Source of the DNA: Squalus acanthias
Lineage: Eukaryota
NCBI GenBank assembly: GCA_030390025.1
Contig: CM059433.1
Location: 89,466,001-89,530,000 of the forward strand
DNA: 64,000 nucleotides
Direction of reading: 5' to 3'
This document shows positions 38,392-50,221 of this stretch, in pieces (the stretch's first letter is position 1; every line of letters starts with the position of its first letter). The notes under the pieces were generated by a model, which was not told the origin of the DNA, ran no database searches, and saw nothing but the letters and a program-made list of their open reading frames with translations. Both the position numbers and the translations under genes were made by a program.

Positions 38392-39283
38392 ACCAATGGT
38401 GGAGCGATTAAAATAGGGGATGTGCAAGAGTCCAGAATTGGAGGGTAGGGATTTGAAAACAAGGATAAGAATTTTATAATTGAGCTTTGTCAGACCTGGA
38501 GCCAATGTAGGTCAGCGAGCACAGGGGTGATGGGTTGACAGGACTTGGTGTGAGTTAAGATATGGGCAGCAGAGTTTTGGATAAGCTCAAGTTTATGGAG
38601 GGTGGAAGATGGGAGGCTGGCCAGGAGAACATTGGAATAGTCAAGTCTAGAGGTAACAAAGGCATGGATGAAGGTTTCAGCAGCAGATGAGCTGAAGCAA
38701 TGGCAGAGTCGGATGTTACGGAGGTGAAAGTAGACGGTCTTGGTGATGACGTGGCTGTGTGGTCGGAAGGTCATCTCGGGGTCAAATATGACACCAAGTT
38801 TGCAAATGGTCTCCTTCATCCTCAGACAGTTGCCAGAGAGAGGGACGGAGTCGATGACTAGGGAACAAAGTTTGCGGCAGGGACCGAAGACAATAGCAAA
38901 GTCTTCCCAATATTTAGTTGGAGGAAATTTCTGTTCATTTAGTACTGGATGTTGGACAAGCAGTCAGACAATTTAGAGACAGTGGAGGTGTCGAGAGAGG
39001 TGATGGTGAGGTAGAGCTGGGTGTTGTCAGTATACATGTGGAACCTGACATTGTGTTTTCGGATGAGGGGCAACATGTAGATGAGAAATAGGAGGGGGCC
39101 AAGGATAGATCCTTGGGGAACTCCAGAGGTAATGGTATGGGAGCAGGAAGTGAAGCCGTTGCAAGTGATTCCCTGGCTATGACTGGATAGATAAGAATGG
39201 AAGCAGGCGTGTGCAGTCCCACGCTGGATGATTGAGGAGAGGCATTGGAGGATGGTGTGGTCAATCGAGTCAAAGGCTGCAGA
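38392..39283 (-). mobile_element. Older L2 LINE, 3' part (resumes at ~41433-41870)
   Basis: SAAFDSIDH, SGVPQGSILGP, HAFVTSRLDYSN, LADLHWL. Confidence 0.9.
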
Positions 39284-41432
39284 CAACAACAACAACTTGT
39301 ATTTATATAGCGCTTAAGGCGCTGCACAGGAGTATTTTAAGACAAAAAATTTGACACCGAGCCACATAAGGATAAATTTGGGCAGGTGACCAAAAGCTTG
39401 GTCAAAGAGGTAGGTTTTAAGGAGCGTCTTAAAGGAGGAAAGAGGGGGACAGGTTTAGGCAGGGAATTCCTGAGCTTAGGGCCTAGGCAACAGAAGGCAT
39501 GGCCACCAAAGGTTGAGCGATTATAATCAGGGATCCTCAAGAGAGCAGAATTAGAGGAGCGCAGATATCTCGGGGAGGGGTTGTGGGGCTGAAGGAGATT
39601 AGAGAGATAGGAAGGGGCGAGGCCCTGGAGGGATTTGAAAACAAGGATGAGAATTTTGAAATCGAGGCGCTGCTTAACCGGGAGCCAATGTAGGTCAGCG
39701 AGCTCAGGGGTGATGGGCGAACGGGACTTGGTGCGAGTTAGGACATGGGCAGCCGAGATTTGGATCACCTGAAGTTTACGTAGGGCGGAACGTGGGAGGC
39801 CAGCCAGGAGTGTGTTGGAATAGTCAGTCTAGAGGTAACAAAGCCATGGATGAGGGTTTCAGCAGTGGATGAGCTGAGGCAAGGGCGGAGACGGGCGATG
39901 TTGCAAAGGTGGAAGTCGGCGGTCTTTGTTATGCTGCAGATATGTGGTCGGAAGCTCATTTCAGGGTCAAGGTTGTGAACAGTGTGGTTCAGCCTCAGAC
40001 AGATGTTAGGGAGAGGGATGGAGTCAGTGGCTAGGGAACAGAGTTTGTGGCGGGGATGGAAAACAATGGCTTTGGTTTTCCCAATATTCAATTGGAGAAA
40101 ATTTTTGCTCATCCAGAACTGTATGTTGGACAAGCAGTCTGACAATTTAGACACCGTGGAGGGGTCGAGAGAAGTAGTAGTGAGGTAGAGCTGGATGTTG
40201 TCAGCATACATGTGGAAACTGACACTGTGTTTTCAGATGATGTCGCCAAGGGGCAACATTTCGATGAGAAATAGGAGGGGGCCAAGGATAGATCCTTGGG
40301 GGACACCAGAGGTAACGATACGGGAGCAGGAAGCGAAGCCATTGTAGGTGATTCTCTGGTTACAATTAGATAGATAAGAATGGAACCAGGCGAGTGCAGT
40401 CCCACCCAGCTGGGCGACGGTGGAGAGGCGTTGGAGAAGGGTGGAGTGGTCAACCATGTCAAAGGCTGCAGACAAGTCAAGAAGGACGAGGAGGGATAGT
40501 TTACCTTTGTCACAGTCACAAAGGATGTCATTTGTGACTTTGATGAGAGCCGTTTCGGTACTGTGGCAAGGGCGGAAACCTGATTGGAAGGATTCAAACA
40601 TGGAATTGCGGGAAAGATGGGCACGGATTTGGGAGGCAACAACACATTCAAGGACTTTGGAGAGGAAAAAGAGGTTGGAGATGGGGCGTTAGTTTGCAAG
40701 GACAGCGGGATCAAGGTTTGGTTTTTTGAGGAGAGGGGTGATGACGGCAGATTTGAGGGAGAGGGGGACAGTACCTGAGGAGAGAGAACCGTTAACAATA
40801 TCAGCTAACACGGGAGCCAGAAAAGGAAGTTGGGTGGTCAGCAGTTTGGTGGGAATAGGATCAAGGGACCAGGAGGTGGGTCTCATAGACAAGATGAGCG
40901 CAGAGCGGTCATGAGGGGAGATCAGAGAGAAACTGGAGAAAGGTGTGAGTTCAGGGCTAGGGCAGGGGGGAACCTTAGAGGAAGTTAGGCCCAGTGGGCT
41001 AGGAGAAGGAAGGGAAGTGGCAGAGGCAGCTGAATGGATGGTCTCAATCTTAGAGACAAAGAAGTCCATTAGCTCCTCACATTTGTTATCGGAGGTGAGG
41101 GTGGAAAAGACAGAGGAGAGGGGTTTAAGAAGACGGTTAGCAGTAGAGAATAGGAGCCGGGGTTTATCTTTGCATTCCAGAATGATTCTGGAATAGTGAG
41201 CAATTTTGGCAGATGAGAGCAGGGCCCGATAGTGCTTTATGTGGTCCAGCCAGATCTGGCAGTGAATGGCTAAACCAGTTATGGCAGTGAATGGCTAAAC
41301 CAGTTGTCCACCATATCCGTTCGAGTCTGCGTCCCTTGGACTTAAGGGAGCGAAGATGGGAGCCGTACCAGGGGGAACGGCCAGGGTGAGAGTGAGTAGT
41401 TATTTTAGGAGGGACTAGGGCATCAAAGATAG
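39284..41432 (-). mobile_element. Younger L2 LINE nested in the older L2
   Basis: (GTT)n tail at 39284; FQSGFRPCHSTETALIKV, LDLSAAFDMVDH, LDPIPTKLL; 25-bp tandem duplication at ~41257-41306. Confidence 0.92.
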
Positions 41433-41870
41433 AAAGACAGCTCGAGAAGGACAAGGAGGGATAGTTTACCATGGTCACAGTCACATAGGATGTCATTTGT
41501 GGCTTTGAGAAGGTTTGTTTCAGTACTGTGGTAGGGGTGAAAACCTGATTGGAAGGATTCAAACATGGAATTCCGGGAAAGATGGGCATGGATTTTGGAG
41601 GTGACAGCATGATCAAGGACTTTGGAGTGGAAAGGGAGTTTGGAGAGGGTGTGGTCTTTTGAAAGGACTGAGGGGTCAAGGGCTGTTCTTTTTCAGGAGA
41701 GGGGTGATGATGGCAGATGTGAAAGGAAGGGGGACAGTACCTGAGGAGAGAGAACCGCTAACAATATCAACTAACATGGGGACCAGGAAGGGAACTTAGG
41801 TGGTCAGCAGTTTGGTGGGAATAGGGTCCAGGGAGCAGGCAGTGGGTCGCATGGACACGATGAGTTCAGA
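41433..41870 (-). mobile_element. Older L2 LINE, upstream part
   Basis: Repeats the L2 segment seen at 40480-40900 at higher divergence; collinear with the break at 39283. Confidence 0.85.
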
Positions 41871-42269
41871 TTCGTCCCAATAAAGAGGCTTAAATCAGAC
41901 AAATCTCAATGGAAGATTGGGTTGACATCTTGGATGCCAGTTTGGTACATCACATTCATTCTGGGTAATGCCAATAACAAGTGAGAGCTTAATTAAAATA
42001 TTACAATAAGGGTAGGTACATCTTGGATGCAAGTTTCTAACATTTATGGAACATTCATTTCGCCCGTGGATAATGGGTGCCCAGGATTACTGGGGAAGCA
42101 GCTGCGTGTATAAGTTTAGTTAAAGGACATAGTAAGAGAATTAATTCAACAGTTTTCAAGCCAAATCTTCACTTTAAAAAAACAAGTCTGCTGCCACTTA
42201 GGTTTTGAGGAACTTTTGTGCTGATTGTTCTGCATCTTCTTTTTATTTCCTACAGCTCTATTACTGACA

Positions 42270-42495
42270 TCAATGGGTTTCCCCATGGGAGTTCCCCTAT
42301 AAATGAGCATTTTGCCAGAAAAAAGAGGAGGACCAACAGAGGCAGGCCAGACAGGTCAGACTGCACCAGCAGTGTTCAGTGCCCCCTCCCCCCACCACCT
42401 CCCGGTACCATCACACCCTCCTCTAGAGCCAAAGGGACACATACCTCACTTTGACATGCACAGGCTCCAGTTCCCAAGGAAGACTGTGAAAGGGC
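42270..42495 (+). pseudogene. Possible relic of a Harbinger transposase N-terminus
   Basis: ATGGGTTTCCCCATGGGAGTTCCC... then RDTYLTL and RLQFPRKTV across frameshifts, like SYIHMSEEQCLRRLRFSKEVV at ~61050. Confidence 0.3.
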
Positions 42496-42624
42496 ACTCA
42501 ATGGAACAAAGGTGATATGTGAAGGCCAGACCAACTATAAGGTTCCTTGGAATGATTCTTTGGAAGTACCCAACTCGCAGTTTGCCATGCTTTCAGTGTT
42601 CCTGTCTGAATAAAAGCAAGCCAG

Positions 42625-43360
42625 GGTGATCTTCACCTTGAACATTCACTCCCTCCACCACTGCTGTGTTCATACAACATGTACTGCAGCAACTCGCCAA
42701 GACTTCTTCGACAGCACCTCACAACCTCTACCACCGAGAAGGGCATGGGCCACAGGTGCATGGGAACACCATCACCTCCAAGTCACACACCATCCTGACC
42801 TGGACATATATCGTCGTTACTTCATCGTCACTGGGTCAAAATCCTGGAACTCCCTCCCTAACAGCACTGTTTTTTTTTATTTGTTCATGGGATGTGGGTG
42901 TCGCCGGTAAAGCCAGCATTTATTGGCCATCCCTAACTGCCCTTGAGAAGGTGGTGGTGAGTTAGGAGTCAACTACATTGCTGTGGGCCTGGAGTCACAT
43001 ATAGGCCAGACCGGGTAAGGACAGCAGATTTCCTTCCCTAAAGGACATTAGTGAACCAGATGGGTTTTTACGACAATCCGATAGTTTCGTGGTCACCATT
43101 ACTGATACTAGCTTTTTGTTCCAGATTTATTTAATTAACTGAATTTAAATTCCCCAGCTGCCGTGGTGGAGATTTGAACTCTCGTCTCCGGATCATTAGG
43201 ACAGGCCTCTGGATTACTCGTCCAGTAACATAACTACTATGCTACCATACCCGTAAGCACTGTGGGAGTACCTTCACCACATGGACTGCAGTGTTTCAAG
43301 AAGCTGGCTCACTACCACCTTCTCAAGGTGCAACTAGGGATGGGTAATAAATGCTGGCCT
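42625..43360 (+). mobile_element. 3' fragment of the same LINE family as 6360-8608, interrupted by a SINE
   Basis: WEHHHLQV..THHPDLDIYRR.FIVTGSKSWNSLP and tail CACCTTCTCAAGG...GGGATGGGTAATAAATGCTGGCC. Confidence 0.85.
42871..43255 (-). mobile_element. Full-length tRNA-derived SINE (MetaSINE-like body) sharing its 3' tail with the host LINE
   Basis: On -: A-box-like TAGCATAGTAG, B-box GAGTTCAAATC, body CTGGTTCACTAATGTCCTTTAGGGAAGGAAATCTG, A-tail; 8-bp TSD AGCACTGT (42863-42870, 43256-43263). Confidence 0.88.
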
Positions 43361-44049
43361 ATGTATCCTACGTGTATATGTATATAAGAATAGGGTATCT
43401 TATAGTGCCCCATTTTTCAGGTCCCCCACTGACCATTGCTGTTTTTGGGCAGTAGCCAGAAGTCCCCACAGCTGGCGACCATTACTGCTGCTGCTGACTT
43501 TCATCAACAGTCACAATTCCAGCCACAAGGCCCTGCCAACATAATAACCTGAAATCAGATATACAGGTGGGTTCAGATCAGGTCATACAGAGTGCACTCT
43601 GGGCGTGCTCTGTCTGACTTCTGCCCATGAAGAATGGGCCTTTATGTCTCTTCTGGTTTCTGTGTGCCTCCCACACACTTTCTGTCTCTCTCTATGTCTT
43701 TGACTCATTCTTTCTTAATCGTAGGAACATAGGAATGCAGTTATCATAATGTCCTCCTTCATATAAAAAGCCACATTCTCCTACAGCTTATCTTTTCTAT
43801 CCTTAGAGAGCAATTTATATCCTTGTAAATTCACCTTCAAATTGCATACTTATTTAACCAAATTTCTCTGTAATTTCTCTCTGCATGTCTTTTGTTCTCA
43901 CTTCCTTTGTGTTTGTCTGACACTATGTGTGCCTTTCACACACCTTCTCCACCTTTCTGTCTCTAAGTCTGTCAGTTTATTTCATGAATGCCATCCACTT
44001 TTTCCTTTTCTTCGCATCTGTCATGTACAGTTGGAGGAAAACTTTGGGC

Positions 44050-44340
44050 TCCTAACCTCTGATAGCCGCAGAGATGATCTCATCTCACGTTGGAAACAGG
44101 GAAGGGGGGAGGGCCAGGACATGTGTCATGTTCTTGCCTTTGAGGGAGTGTGGGATAGGGAATGGATTGGGAATGAACCATGGTCGTGGGATGACTTGAA
44201 AGGGAGCAAAGGTTGCAGATTGTCATTTGAACTGGGACAGAGTGGGGAGGCTGAGGTCAGGAGTTCAGGCTTGGAAGCATTGGGGAGGCTGGGGCAGGTG
44301 GGAGGGACTGGGAATGTGATGATCAGTTTCTCTGTGATAT
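44050..44340 (-). mobile_element. Highly decayed L2 fragment
   Basis: Purine-rich + strand resembling the 41300-41420 L2 segment. Confidence 0.45.
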
Positions 44341-44522
44341 TGGCAACAATGATTCAGCTGCTTCTCTCATTACATAAACATTCCTGCCATGGTTTGATCC
44401 ACAAAACACAGAAAAACATTCTGAAAAATTTAAAAAAGCTTGGAAATGTTATTTTTTACTTCTGTATCTTTCAATTGGGGCTTTAGCCAGCATCTCTTTA
44501 ATACATGATTATAATAGGCATG

Positions 44523-45176
44523 GGGGGGAAAAAATTGAGTCGCGCCAAAATAAACCGGTAGCGCCCCAAGAGGGAGGTGGGGTGCTACTGGAAGCGCCCC
44601 GCCTCCCTCTTGGGGTGCTGCGAGTAAATATCGCGCCGCAGTACTGCAGGATTCCTCCCCTTATTAAAGGGGAGGGGCCCAGTGCAGCGCGACCCGGAAC
44701 CCAACTGGGACACCAGGGATCGGAGTGCCAGCAAAAGAGCCCAGCACTCAAGAGAAGTGCCGGGCTCACGAAGCGCAGCTGGCACTCCGCGGGGGGGAGC
44801 TGCAGAGGAGGCTGGGGACGGCAGAGGGGGCAGGTGCTGGCAGGCAGCCAGCAACAAAAATGGCCGCCCAGCACCTCCCCTTTAATTTGCGCCGCCCTGG
44901 CCGCAGGTAGGACCCCCTGACCCTGTCGGACATAGCGTCCGGTGGTAAGTCAGAGGGCGCTACCGAAGATCGCGGCCGGGGTGCTGCGCAAGGTGATGAC
45001 GTCACCGCCGGCGGCGCAGCGCCGCAGGGCACTAACTGTTACCACCGCCGCTAACCTCCTGCTGAATTTCGCGGGAGGCGTTGGCGGCGCCACGCCCAGG
45101 CGCTAGTTGCTTTGCGCCCGGTTAGCGCCCTCTTAGGGTGCTAACGGGAGGCGCAAAGCAACCAAATTTTTAGGCC
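44523..45176. mobile_element. Non-autonomous Harbinger element related to 57478-61770
   Basis: TIRs GGGGGGAAAAAATTG / CAAATTTTTAGGCC; TSD ATG (or CAT); right end GCGCTAGTTGCTTTGCGCCC..TTAGCGCCCTCTTA..CTAACGGGAGGCGCA matches 61695-61750; CpG-rich. Confidence 0.88.
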
Positions 45177-45491
45177 ATGGAGTGTTGCTGGACAGGATTT
45201 CCATTCAAACATTGGACAATTGAACATATCTGTTCACGACCTTGATTAGCATGCTGAATGCCTGCTTAACTTGACTCCCATTCAAAAGGAGTGGAAATGA
45301 ATTGTGTGGGTGTAAAACCCCAATTAGAATATACAATGGCACATTTTCAGCAGGTCCCAGGCAGGGTTGCTAGCCACACAATTTTCGGGACCCTGGCTCG
45401 ACCAATTTCTCCTGGTGGTGGTGATAGGTAGAAAATTAACCGTGAAATGTTTAATGGATTACCAGAGGCGTTCCCTTGGTATTAGTACACT

Positions 45492-45673
45492 GGGCGTAAT
45501 TCACACTTTGTGTGCAGGTAGAAAGCTGGTAGTTGTGGATCGGCCTGTTGTACACCCGACCTGATTTTTCAATCCATTGACTTCAATGGAAATGAAAATT
45601 GGGCGGGGTCTATAATGGGCCGCCGATCCACAACTCCCAGATTCTGCCCACGCCCAAAGTGAAAATTACCCTC
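45492..45673. mobile_element. Fold-back (hairpin) MITE
   Basis: The whole 182 bp is an imperfect palindrome centred on TCCATTGACTTCAATGGA; TSD ACT (45489-45491, 45674-45676). Confidence 0.88.
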
Positions 45674-45691
45674 ACTCCTTTATAATTACAG

Positions 45692-45736
45692 GAGTTTTGT
45701 GCCATGCACTGTGTACTGAGCCATTCTGCAGCTAAG
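45692..45736 (+). CDS. Candidate 45-nt symmetric exon of an unidentified host gene
   Basis: ctcctttataattacag| GAG...GCTAAG |gtaagc; only phase 0 is open (EFCAMHCVLSHSAAK). Confidence 0.25.
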
Positions 45737-46267
45737 GTAAGCCTGTGTTTAAGGTGACCTGTCCCTTTAAGTAAACGCAGCCTGAGATCAATTGGAGGTT
45801 GATTACTGTTTGGGGAGGGAAGTTTGTGGATTGGAAAATGCTGCAAGTCAGAAAATAACATGAAATTATTGCCATTTTTTGCCACTTTGAAGTGTGGTAT
45901 TTGAAGTGGTATTCTCAAACATTTATTTAGAGATAGATAGATCTTATTGAATTATATATATATATTCTACTCATATATATATATAATATATATTATTAAA
46001 CATTTTGAATATGGAAAACATTTCCTTCACACATTAACCCCTGTGTCATGCTTCTTTAATCGAAAACCGGTATGTCAACTTGTCACAATGGAAAAACCCT
46101 ATGTGAACATTTTATAATGCGAAAACTGTATTCAAACATTTTACTATCATCATCCATCTTTTTTCCCAGTCATTGAAACTTCTAATCTCTAAAAAATACT
46201 TTAAAAAAATTTTAAATCTCCAAAATTACATATTCACAATAATAAGATTATAGTTTCCAATTGAAAG

Positions 46268-46720
46268 CTGTCAGCTTGGCTCAGTTTGTTGCACTCTCAT
46301 TTCTGAGTCAGAAAGCTGTGGGTTCAAGCCTGACTTCAGGACTTAAGTACATAGCCCATGCCAACATTTTAATACAGTATTGAGGGAGTGCTGCATTGTC
46401 AGAGGTACCATCTTTTGGTTGAGACATGAAACCAAGGCCTCATTTGCCTATTCAGATGAATGTAAATGATCCCAGGCACTATTCAAAGAAGAACATGGTT
46501 CTCCTGGTTTCCTAGCCAACATTCATTCCTCAGTGAACACCACCAAAAATCAGATTATCTAGTCATCCATTCTATTGTTTACATGGGACCTTGCAGTGTG
46601 CAAATTGGTTGTCAAATTTATCTACCAAACAACAGTAACTACAATTCAAAATTATTCCATTGGCCATGAAGAGCTTTGGGACGTTGTGAAAGGTATTATT
46701 TAAAAACAAGTTCTTTCTTT
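46268..46720 (+). mobile_element. Full-length DeuSINE (SacSINE1-like)
   Basis: A-box TGGCTCAGTTTG, B-box GGTTCAAGCC, Deu-like body, L2-like tail. Confidence 0.85.
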
Positions 46721-48030
46721 AGGGAGCAAGGGAAGGAATTTTGAGGAGTGGGGTGATGAAGGCAGAATGGAAAGGTGGGTTGGGGGCAGTATCCCAGGAG
46801 CAGGAACTATTTACAATATCAACCAGAATGGGTGCTAGAAAGGGAATTGGGTGGTCTGCAGTTTAATGGAAATGAGATTGTGGAAGAAAGGAAGAAAGAA
46901 GACTTGTATTTATATAGTACCTTTCATGAATTCCGGACATCCCAAAGTGCTTTACGACCAATGAAGTACTTTTTCTTTAAGTGTAGTCACCGTTGTAATG
47001 TAGAAAACGTGGCAGTCAATTTGCGCACAGCAAGCTCCCACAAACAGCAATGTGATAATGACCAGATCACCTGAGAGAACAGGAGTTGGGTCTCATGGAC
47101 AAGATGAGATCGGAGAGGTCTTGGGGTGAGATGGGGGAGAAACTCGAGAGAAACGGGGGTACACAGCAAGGACAGAGGTAGGCCTGGGGAGAGGTTTGGC
47201 TTAGTGAGCAAGGGGAAGGGAGAAGCAGCAGAGATGGGGGGAGTGGAGGGGTGGGGGGGATTTCTTATGCTGGCCGCCTGAAAAACGGATGACTGGCAGA
47301 GGAAAATCTGGTGAGGACCTTGGACCTTGGACCCATTTTCCCACCTGAACCAATTTTCAGGCTGGTCTTTAGATGGGTACCCAGTAATCTCACCCAAAAC
47401 AGGTAGGAGACTGTTTAAATAGGAAAATCAGGATCCTACACTAGTTGTAGGACTCCGATTGCCATTTTCATGGAGAAATGTGCGGATTATGCGGTGCATG
47501 CGAGTCCCAGTTTTTACAGGCCTTGAGCGGTCTAACCAGTGGTCCTTAAAGGGACTGCTGGAGGCAGCACAGAAAAGCTAACTTTTTGCTATTTAAAAAA
47601 AAAAGTTTTTGTGGGGCCAAGAGGAGTGTTCTCCTGGTCCCATGAAAATATTCCGGCCTGCTGCTTGTTCATTTTTGCCCCCGGGATTCACTGACCCACC
47701 AATAAGGGTTTAGCAATAAGGGTTTAGAGAAACAGTTGGTAGTGGAGAAAAGAAGCTGGAAGTTATCTTGGTTCTCCAAGATGATCATAGAGGAGTGGAT
47801 GGTTTTGGAAGAGGTGAGTGAGGCTCAGTCGGGCTTGACGTGGCCCAGCCAGATCTAAGCCTGTTGTGCACCAGATGCACTCAAGTTTGTGATCTTTAGA
47901 CTTGAGGGAGTGAAGATGGGGACCGTACCAGAGTTCTCATCCCTGGGTCTTGCCATTGTTGGGCAGAAAAATATGTACCCTGGATCACAGGGAGTGTGAG
48001 GTCTGCTTACAGGAATGACTGACGACACTG
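46721..48030 (-). mobile_element. Fragmented L2, interrupted by a SINE 3' piece (~46886-47070) and a decayed DNA element (~47255-47700)
   Basis: Homologous to 40730-41400 L2 segments; the SINE piece matches 34135-34300. Confidence 0.65.
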
Positions 48031-48829
48031 AATCCAAGAAAATATCTCGCGTACAAACCCAAAAACATAACTGTCACACTTTAGCCATCTCACTCCAGCA
48101 TATCCACTGACTCACCATGTGCAATGGCATGGGAGATCTGCTAATTATTAAAGTAGATTATGGAAATGATTAGCAACATTTTAAACATGGTAAAAGGTTA
48201 ATAGAGATTAAAAAACATTGAACTGTCATCAGAGTGGCAGGGACGCCCATAGACCTCTTTAGTTTGTGTTCAGTTAACAGTTTGAGGTCACTTGTTCCCG
48301 CACGTTTGCTGTAATGTTTTATAGATAGGTTACCAACAGCTAACAGTGAGATGGTACGTAATCATGTTGCAGGTTCGGAGACTCACCTTTTACCAAGCTT
48401 ACAAATAGATTGAGGATTGGTTACAACTGTGGTAGAATAGCAGGGTGCCACTATCAACATTCAAAGTAGAAGCAGACTAAAGGATCTTCAAGTTGATAAT
48501 TTTTTGTGACTATTTGATTTTTTTTTTAAAGGATCCTGGTGGTAACTGTAGTTATTTAATAACAAAGTGTAAATTATGCAGACAGTCTTTAGAAGGAATA
48601 TTTTTTAGCAAGCATACTTCTTCTTGTATGAAAATAATTTAGATGCGTTGGAACTCTGCAGTTCTAGCAGATGTGACTAGAATGTCTCATTTTTATTCTT
48701 TTTAATTCTCATTGAACTCAACACAAAAGTGGCAGAATACATTTCACAAACACTCTTCAAACAGGCATTTCACTCCAATGACGCAACATGCAACAGAACT
48801 GGATTATACTGGGTATCTGAGAGACTCGT

Positions 48830-48985
48830 GGCCCTGAAATTCCTGATGGGGATTCTCCCAGTCTCTCACCGTGACGTTGGCAGGAGATCCACAGAACAGC
48901 TGGCAAAGGCTCCCTGGGGATCCCAATGATCTCCTGCTGGGGTTATGGCAGAAAACCGGGCGAACTACTGCAGAATTTACAGGTG
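48830..48985. mobile_element. Short decayed MITE
   Basis: GGCCCTGAAATT ... AATTTACAGGTG ends; TSD CGT; internal inverted pair GCAGGAGATC / GATCTCCTGC. Confidence 0.55.
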
Positions 48986-49062
48986 CGTGTCCTGTAGGAG
49001 CCCCACCCATAGGCTACACTATTTATTATTCAAATTTCTAACACCTTTTGTTATAGAGCATT

Positions 49063-49435
49063 TAACAACAACTTGCATTTATGTAGCACCTTTAACTTAG
49101 AAAATCATCGCAAGGAGCTTCACAGGTGTGTAATCAAAAATATGGATGCCGAGTCAAAGAATGAGGTGCTTGTTCAAAGAGGTAGATTTTAAAGAGGGTC
49201 TTAAAGGAGGAGCGGGAGATGGAGAGGCAGAAGAATTTAGGAGTGATTTCAAGACCGTAGGGCATAGGTGACTGATGGAACAGGAGCCAATTGTGGGGTG
49301 AAAGGAATGGGAGATGCACAGGAGGCTAAAGTCCAGGTTTGGGGTCCTGTGAGGCTGGAGGAGGTGCTCGAGATATGGAGGGATGAGACCATGAAGGGAT
49401 TTAAACACTGGCATAAATGAGTCTTGAAGTGACAA
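49063..49435 (-). mobile_element. L2 LINE 3' end
   Basis: (GTT)n tail; VFKSLHGL.PPYL..LLQ motif. Confidence 0.85.
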
Positions 49436-49449
49436 AAAACAATATCTGT

Positions 49450-50220
49450 GGCTGTGCCTGCGTTCCTGATAGGAGCCATGTCCGGAAAGGATATTCCCTG
49501 TTGCCAAGTTGCCAGCCTATGACCTGGTGGCCTGATTGAAATAAAGATGACACAGTGGGCTGGTGCACGATGAATGAATCATGACTGTTGCGAGGAAACT
49601 GGGCACAGACCTGCATGAGGCAGTGCCTGCAGTTGCAAACAAGCTGCACATTCAGGAAGTGGAATTCCTTTCTATTGAGCAATATGCCAGGCTGGTGATG
49701 GGGAGCATGCAAGGCAATGCGGGTATTGCCTATGACACCTTGGACCCTGGGGAAGCCTGCAATGCGGGCGAAGCTTACTGCTCTCTCATCCTGCTTTGCT
49801 CTTTCCATAGGAAATGTATGTATGTGTTCCTCCTGGTGTAGAGAGCCGCGGTCACCTACCTGATGCAGCGGTGGACTGCAAACTAGGATATGTCGCGGAT
49901 GTCACCTGCTGCAGCTTGGAACAATGCCATGGCGTAAGAGTAAAGAGCCATGGTGACCTTGACAGCCACAGGCAGTGCTGTCTATGGCCTGGTTTGCGTC
50001 TCCAGTTGTGGTTGCAGCAGGTGACATAGCTCGGTGGTAGCCTCTGTGGTGAAGCAAAGATGCCTGATACGTTGCTCCTCGGTGAACTTCAGGTAGGAGA
50101 AGTGCTCCCTGATGACTACTGCGTAGTGCCCTCGTCCTCCCTCCCCGTATCTGCTCCTGCTCGCTCCTGTCTTCTTTGCTGTTCCCTCTCCTCCTCCAGC
50201 CCCAAAGGCAGACCTACCAA
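49450..50220 (-). pseudogene. Harbinger DDE transposase pseudogene (5' end and TIR lie at 51473-51868, beyond a CR1 insertion)
   Basis: HFSYLKFTEEQRIRHLCF..EATTELCHLLQPQLE; [19 protein letters not shown]; NRKEFHFLNVQLVC; SHDSFI; paralogous to 60100-61260. Confidence 0.9.
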
Positions 50221-50221
50221 A

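Noticed and set aside
43842-44486. 214-aa ORF
   Set aside because: Non-ATG start, low-complexity CT-rich sequence plus antisense decayed L2
44523-45176. CpG island promoter of a host gene
   Set aside because: The CpG-rich stretch coincides exactly with a TIR/TSD-bounded Harbinger derivative
46268-46345. tRNA gene (also the tRNA-like heads at ~43170-43255 and ~12580-12650)
   Set aside because: A/B boxes run directly into SINE bodies, with no intact cloverleaf or terminator
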